Sequence record: SRR20825010_1678
DNA length: 20,000 nucleotides
Strand: one strand, 5' to 3'
A program made the translations under genes and the position numbers. This document shows positions 17,815 to 20,000 of the stretch, in pieces. Below the pieces are notes generated by a model that had not been told where the DNA came from, searched no databases, and saw only the letters and a list, made by a program, of their open reading frames with translations. How positions within the stretch are numbered: position 1 is the stretch's first letter; every line of letters begins with the position of its first letter.

Positions 17815-17976
17815 TCGAACCTCGTCTGGGCAAAGACCCCCAAATCACGGGAATCATGAAGAATTTCCGACTGGAAAGCCTGCTGCCCGACCGCTCAATT
17901 GTCAATGCCGGCGCGACCTCAATGGCAGGCCTGCATCCAAAAACCGCATCCGCGGGCGTATGATCGCCCGAAACGG

Positions 17977-19371
17977 TCAAACTTGAAGGCAGTGACGGTT
18001 TGCCATGCTGATGCCGCTGACAATCGCACCCACGATCCCAACGAAACCTTGGTCGGTTCCGCATAGGAAAACATTGGGCAAATGAGTGGTCCCATCCAAC
18101 TGCTTGTCAGGGGCTCCGTAGACGGCACCGTTGTCGTGCCAGGTGAATCGACGGATGGTTTTGGGAGTGAAGACGTCCGTGTCGATGACTCGCGCTCGAA
18201 AATCGGGCATGAACCGTACCGCCGACGCAACCGCCTCATCGTACTGGGTCACCTTCTCCGCCCGGTATTTCTCTTCCGGCAACTCGGACCACAAATCGTG
18301 ATTGGCGAGTGTCGTGATGCGAACCACGCCGTCGGGCAACTCACCTTCTTCTGCGTCGTAGATGTAATTGTTTGGGCTGCAGATGACTCCCGTTCGTGCA
18401 TCACACAACGAGTCATCCGGTCGCTCCCAATGAAAATGGGGCGAATCGTTGTAGAACACGATTGTGCGGTCAAAGCCCAACTCTTTCGGCTTGCAATCCA
18501 GCACGCTAATCGACTCGATGAACGATAGTTTGCCAGCTTTCGCGACGTCCGGTTCGGTGATGTCGTCGCACATCCGCATGGTCTCGACCGTCCCCGCGGA
18601 CGAAAGAATCCGTTTGGCCTGCAACTCCGTCCCGTCGTCCAGCACAACGCCGACCGCTTGACCGTCTTCGACATGAATGTTGGCAACGCCGCTCCGCAAC
18701 TTCAGCTCGCCGCCCAGTCCACGGAACTTGCGAACCAGGTTCTTCAGGATGACTCGCACACCTTTGTAAGGTCGACCAAAACCTTCCAAGTAACAAGCGC
18801 GAAACATGATGCAGAACTGGCCAAAGTCCATGTCGTTCTCACGGGCATTGCCATACCACATCAACGGGCACAACAACATTTCGATCAACAATGGATCCGA
18901 CAGATGCTCCGCCATGACTTCGCGAGCGGATCGCATGAAATCGGGCGCGTCGCCGTCCATGTCGCTGTAATCCAACAGCGATCCACATAGACTGCGGAAC
19001 CCATCGATCTGATCGGGAAAGCGTGACTTGATCTCGCTTTCCAGCATCGCGATGTCGTTGTTGAAGTCCAACTCGACACCCGGGAAACGAATCGAAGACC
19101 CGTTTTGCTCGGCGAGCTTGAAATCTTCCCATCCAAATCGCAGTTGGCGAATCAGCTTCGCGAGCGGACCTTTTTTATCGCCCTTGCGAGCGAAGTTGGT
19201 CATCGCGTGCAGACCGACGTCATAGTCGCGGCCACCCATTCGATAGAACGAATTGAGCCCACCGATCGTGTAGTGCTTCTCCAGGATGCAAACGCGTTGG
19301 TCAAAGTGGGCCAGTCGAATGCCGGCTGCCAGCCCGCTCATCCCCGCGCCGATGATGATGGTGTCGTACAT
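17977..19371 (-). CDS. Phytoene desaturase-like (CrtI/COG1233) FAD-dependent oxidoreductase
   Basis: N-terminal Rossmann motif IIIGAGMSGL...LEKHYTIGG, YDVGLH, TPKTIRRFTWHDNGAVYG, C-terminal FLCGTDQGFVGIVGAIVSG. 464 aa. Confidence 0.9.
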   Translation of the reverse strand: MYDTIIIGAGMSGLAAGIRLAHFDQRVCILEKHYTIGGLNSFYRMGGRDYDVGLHAMTNFARKGDKKGPLAKLIRQLRFGWEDFKLAEQNGSSIRFPGVELDFNNDIAMLESEIKSRFPDQIDGFRSLCGSLLDYSDMDGDAPDFMRSAREVMAEHLSDPLLIEMLLCPLMWYGNARENDMDFGQFCIMFRACYLEGFGRPYKGVRVILKNLVRKFRGLGGELKLRSGVANIHVEDGQAVGVVLDDGTELQAKRILSSAGTVETMRMCDDITEPDVAKAGKLSFIESISVLDCKPKELGFDRTIVFYNDSPHFHWERPDDSLCDARTGVICSPNNYIYDAEEGELPDGVVRITTLANHDLWSELPEEKYRAEKVTQYDEAVASAVRFMPDFRARVIDTDVFTPKTIRRFTWHDNGAVYGAPDKQLDGTTHLPNVFLCGTDQGFVGIVGAIVSGISMANRHCLQV

Positions 19372-19380
19372 ACAGCGAAA

Positions 19381-19470
19381 GTGGAAAGGGGCTCAGTGTC
19401 ACAGGACCACAGGCTCAACCGAGAGCAGGTTCCCGAAGGCACACCCTGTGGTTCTGTGCCCCTGTGGTTC
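19381..19470. repeat. CCACAGG/CCTGTGG inverted repeat and first copy of a 33-bp direct repeat
   Basis: cacaggaccacagg (19400-19413) pairs with cctgtggttctgtg (19445-19458); a further cctgtggttc follows. 19381-19413 matches 19902-19934 at 29/33. Confidence 0.75.
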
Positions 19471-19483
19471 TTTTCCCTTTTCC

Positions 19484-19735
19484 CTAGAGATCCTTCATCT
19501 TCGGTTCCAAGTACGTGACCGTGGAGTGCATGCTGGCCAGATGGCCGTAATCTTCCTCTGGAATTTGCACACGGTGACGTTTGCGGAGTTCCATCACGAT
19601 GTCCAAAAAGTCCATCGAATCCAGTTCCAATTGCTCGCGAAACGCCTTCTGATCGTCCAGGTTGTCGAGGTCCTCATCAGGAGAAATGTCGTCGAGGATA
19701 TCGATGATTTCTTGGCGAATTTCGGCAGGAGTCAT
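19484..19735 (-). CDS. Acyl carrier protein (non-AcpP type)
   Basis: 83 aa from ATG 19735: MTPAEIRQEIIDILDDISPDEDL...LELDSMDFLDIVMELRKRHRVQIPEEDY; acidic, phosphopantetheine Ser in LDSMD. The longer 129-aa ORF call has an implausible N-terminus. Confidence 0.92.
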   Translation of the reverse strand: MTPAEIRQEIIDILDDISPDEDLDNLDDQKAFREQLELDSMDFLDIVMELRKRHRVQIPEEDYGHLASMHSTVTYLEPKMKDL

Positions 19736-19901
19736 GAAAGGAAGCAGGGATGCGAGAGAAACGGGATGAAGGAACGTCCGTGTCCCGCCGTGGAGCAACC
19801 GCCACCGCGGGATGGAGTAGTTTCGACGGCATTGGGATTCGACACAAGGGGCACCACGCGGCACCCATGCCAATTGAATTGGGACAGATCGACGCAGAGA
19901 G

Positions 19902-19934
19902 GTGGAAAGTGGCTCAGAGCCACAGGGCCACAGG
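19902..19934. repeat. Second copy of the 33-bp direct repeat flanking the ACP gene
   Basis: gtggaaagtggctcagagccacagggccacagg vs gtggaaaggggctcagtgtcacaggaccacagg (19381-19413). Confidence 0.75.
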
Positions 19935-19964
19935 GATCAGGGGAGGACACTCGTCATTTCAATT

Positions 19965-20000
19965 CACCCGCCCTCTGGGAGGGTCGAGCGAAGCGAGGGG
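19965..20000. repeat. Probable start of a CCCTC..GAGGG-type hairpin repeat element, cut by window edge
   Basis: cacccg-CCCTC-tgg-GAGGG-tcgagcgaagcgagggg; only one partial copy is visible. Confidence 0.4.

Noticed and set aside
17977..19371. Assignment as true carotenoid crtI
   Set aside because: No phytoene synthase or other crt genes adjacent, and the neighbour is an ACP; gene symbol withheld.
19736..19873. 46-aa N-terminal extension of the ACP ORF
   Set aside because: The ACP fold begins at MTPAEIR (ATG 19735) and gives a typical 83 aa; the extension is not protein-like.

Overview
Gene-dense bacterial chromosomal window of moderately high GC. Gene content and style (secreted sulfatase, signal-peptide isochorismatase, large secreted hypothetical protein, palindromic intergenic repeats) suggest a Planctomycete of the Rhodopirellula/Pirellulaceae type; this is inference, not a database match. 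I support 15 CDSs. In order: a ROK-family sugar kinase on the minus strand running off the left edge (missing from the ORF track), a DUF502-like membrane protein, a PAP2 phosphatase, a 97-aa coiled-coil protein divergent from a ~940-aa secreted protein, a Cys-type arylsulfatase, a beta-lactamase-fold serine hydrolase, a translationally coupled ogt-alkC alkylation-repair pair, a secreted isochorismatase-like hydrolase, a NADAR/YbiA protein, an ASMT-like O-methyltransferase, monomeric NADP-isocitrate dehydrogenase, and a CrtI-like FAD oxidoreductase preceded by an atypical acyl carrier protein. The ACP/CrtI-like pair is probably the distal end of a specialised lipid/type II FAS-PKS cluster continuing past the right edge and is the best candidate for uncharacterised biology. 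Intergenic DNA holds at least three repeat families: GTAG-tagged REP/REPIN palindromes, a four-unit GTAC-tagged palindrome array that is CRISPR-like but not a CRISPR, and CCACAGG-based repeats flanking the ACP gene. No rRNA, tRNA, transposase, integrase or cas genes were seen.
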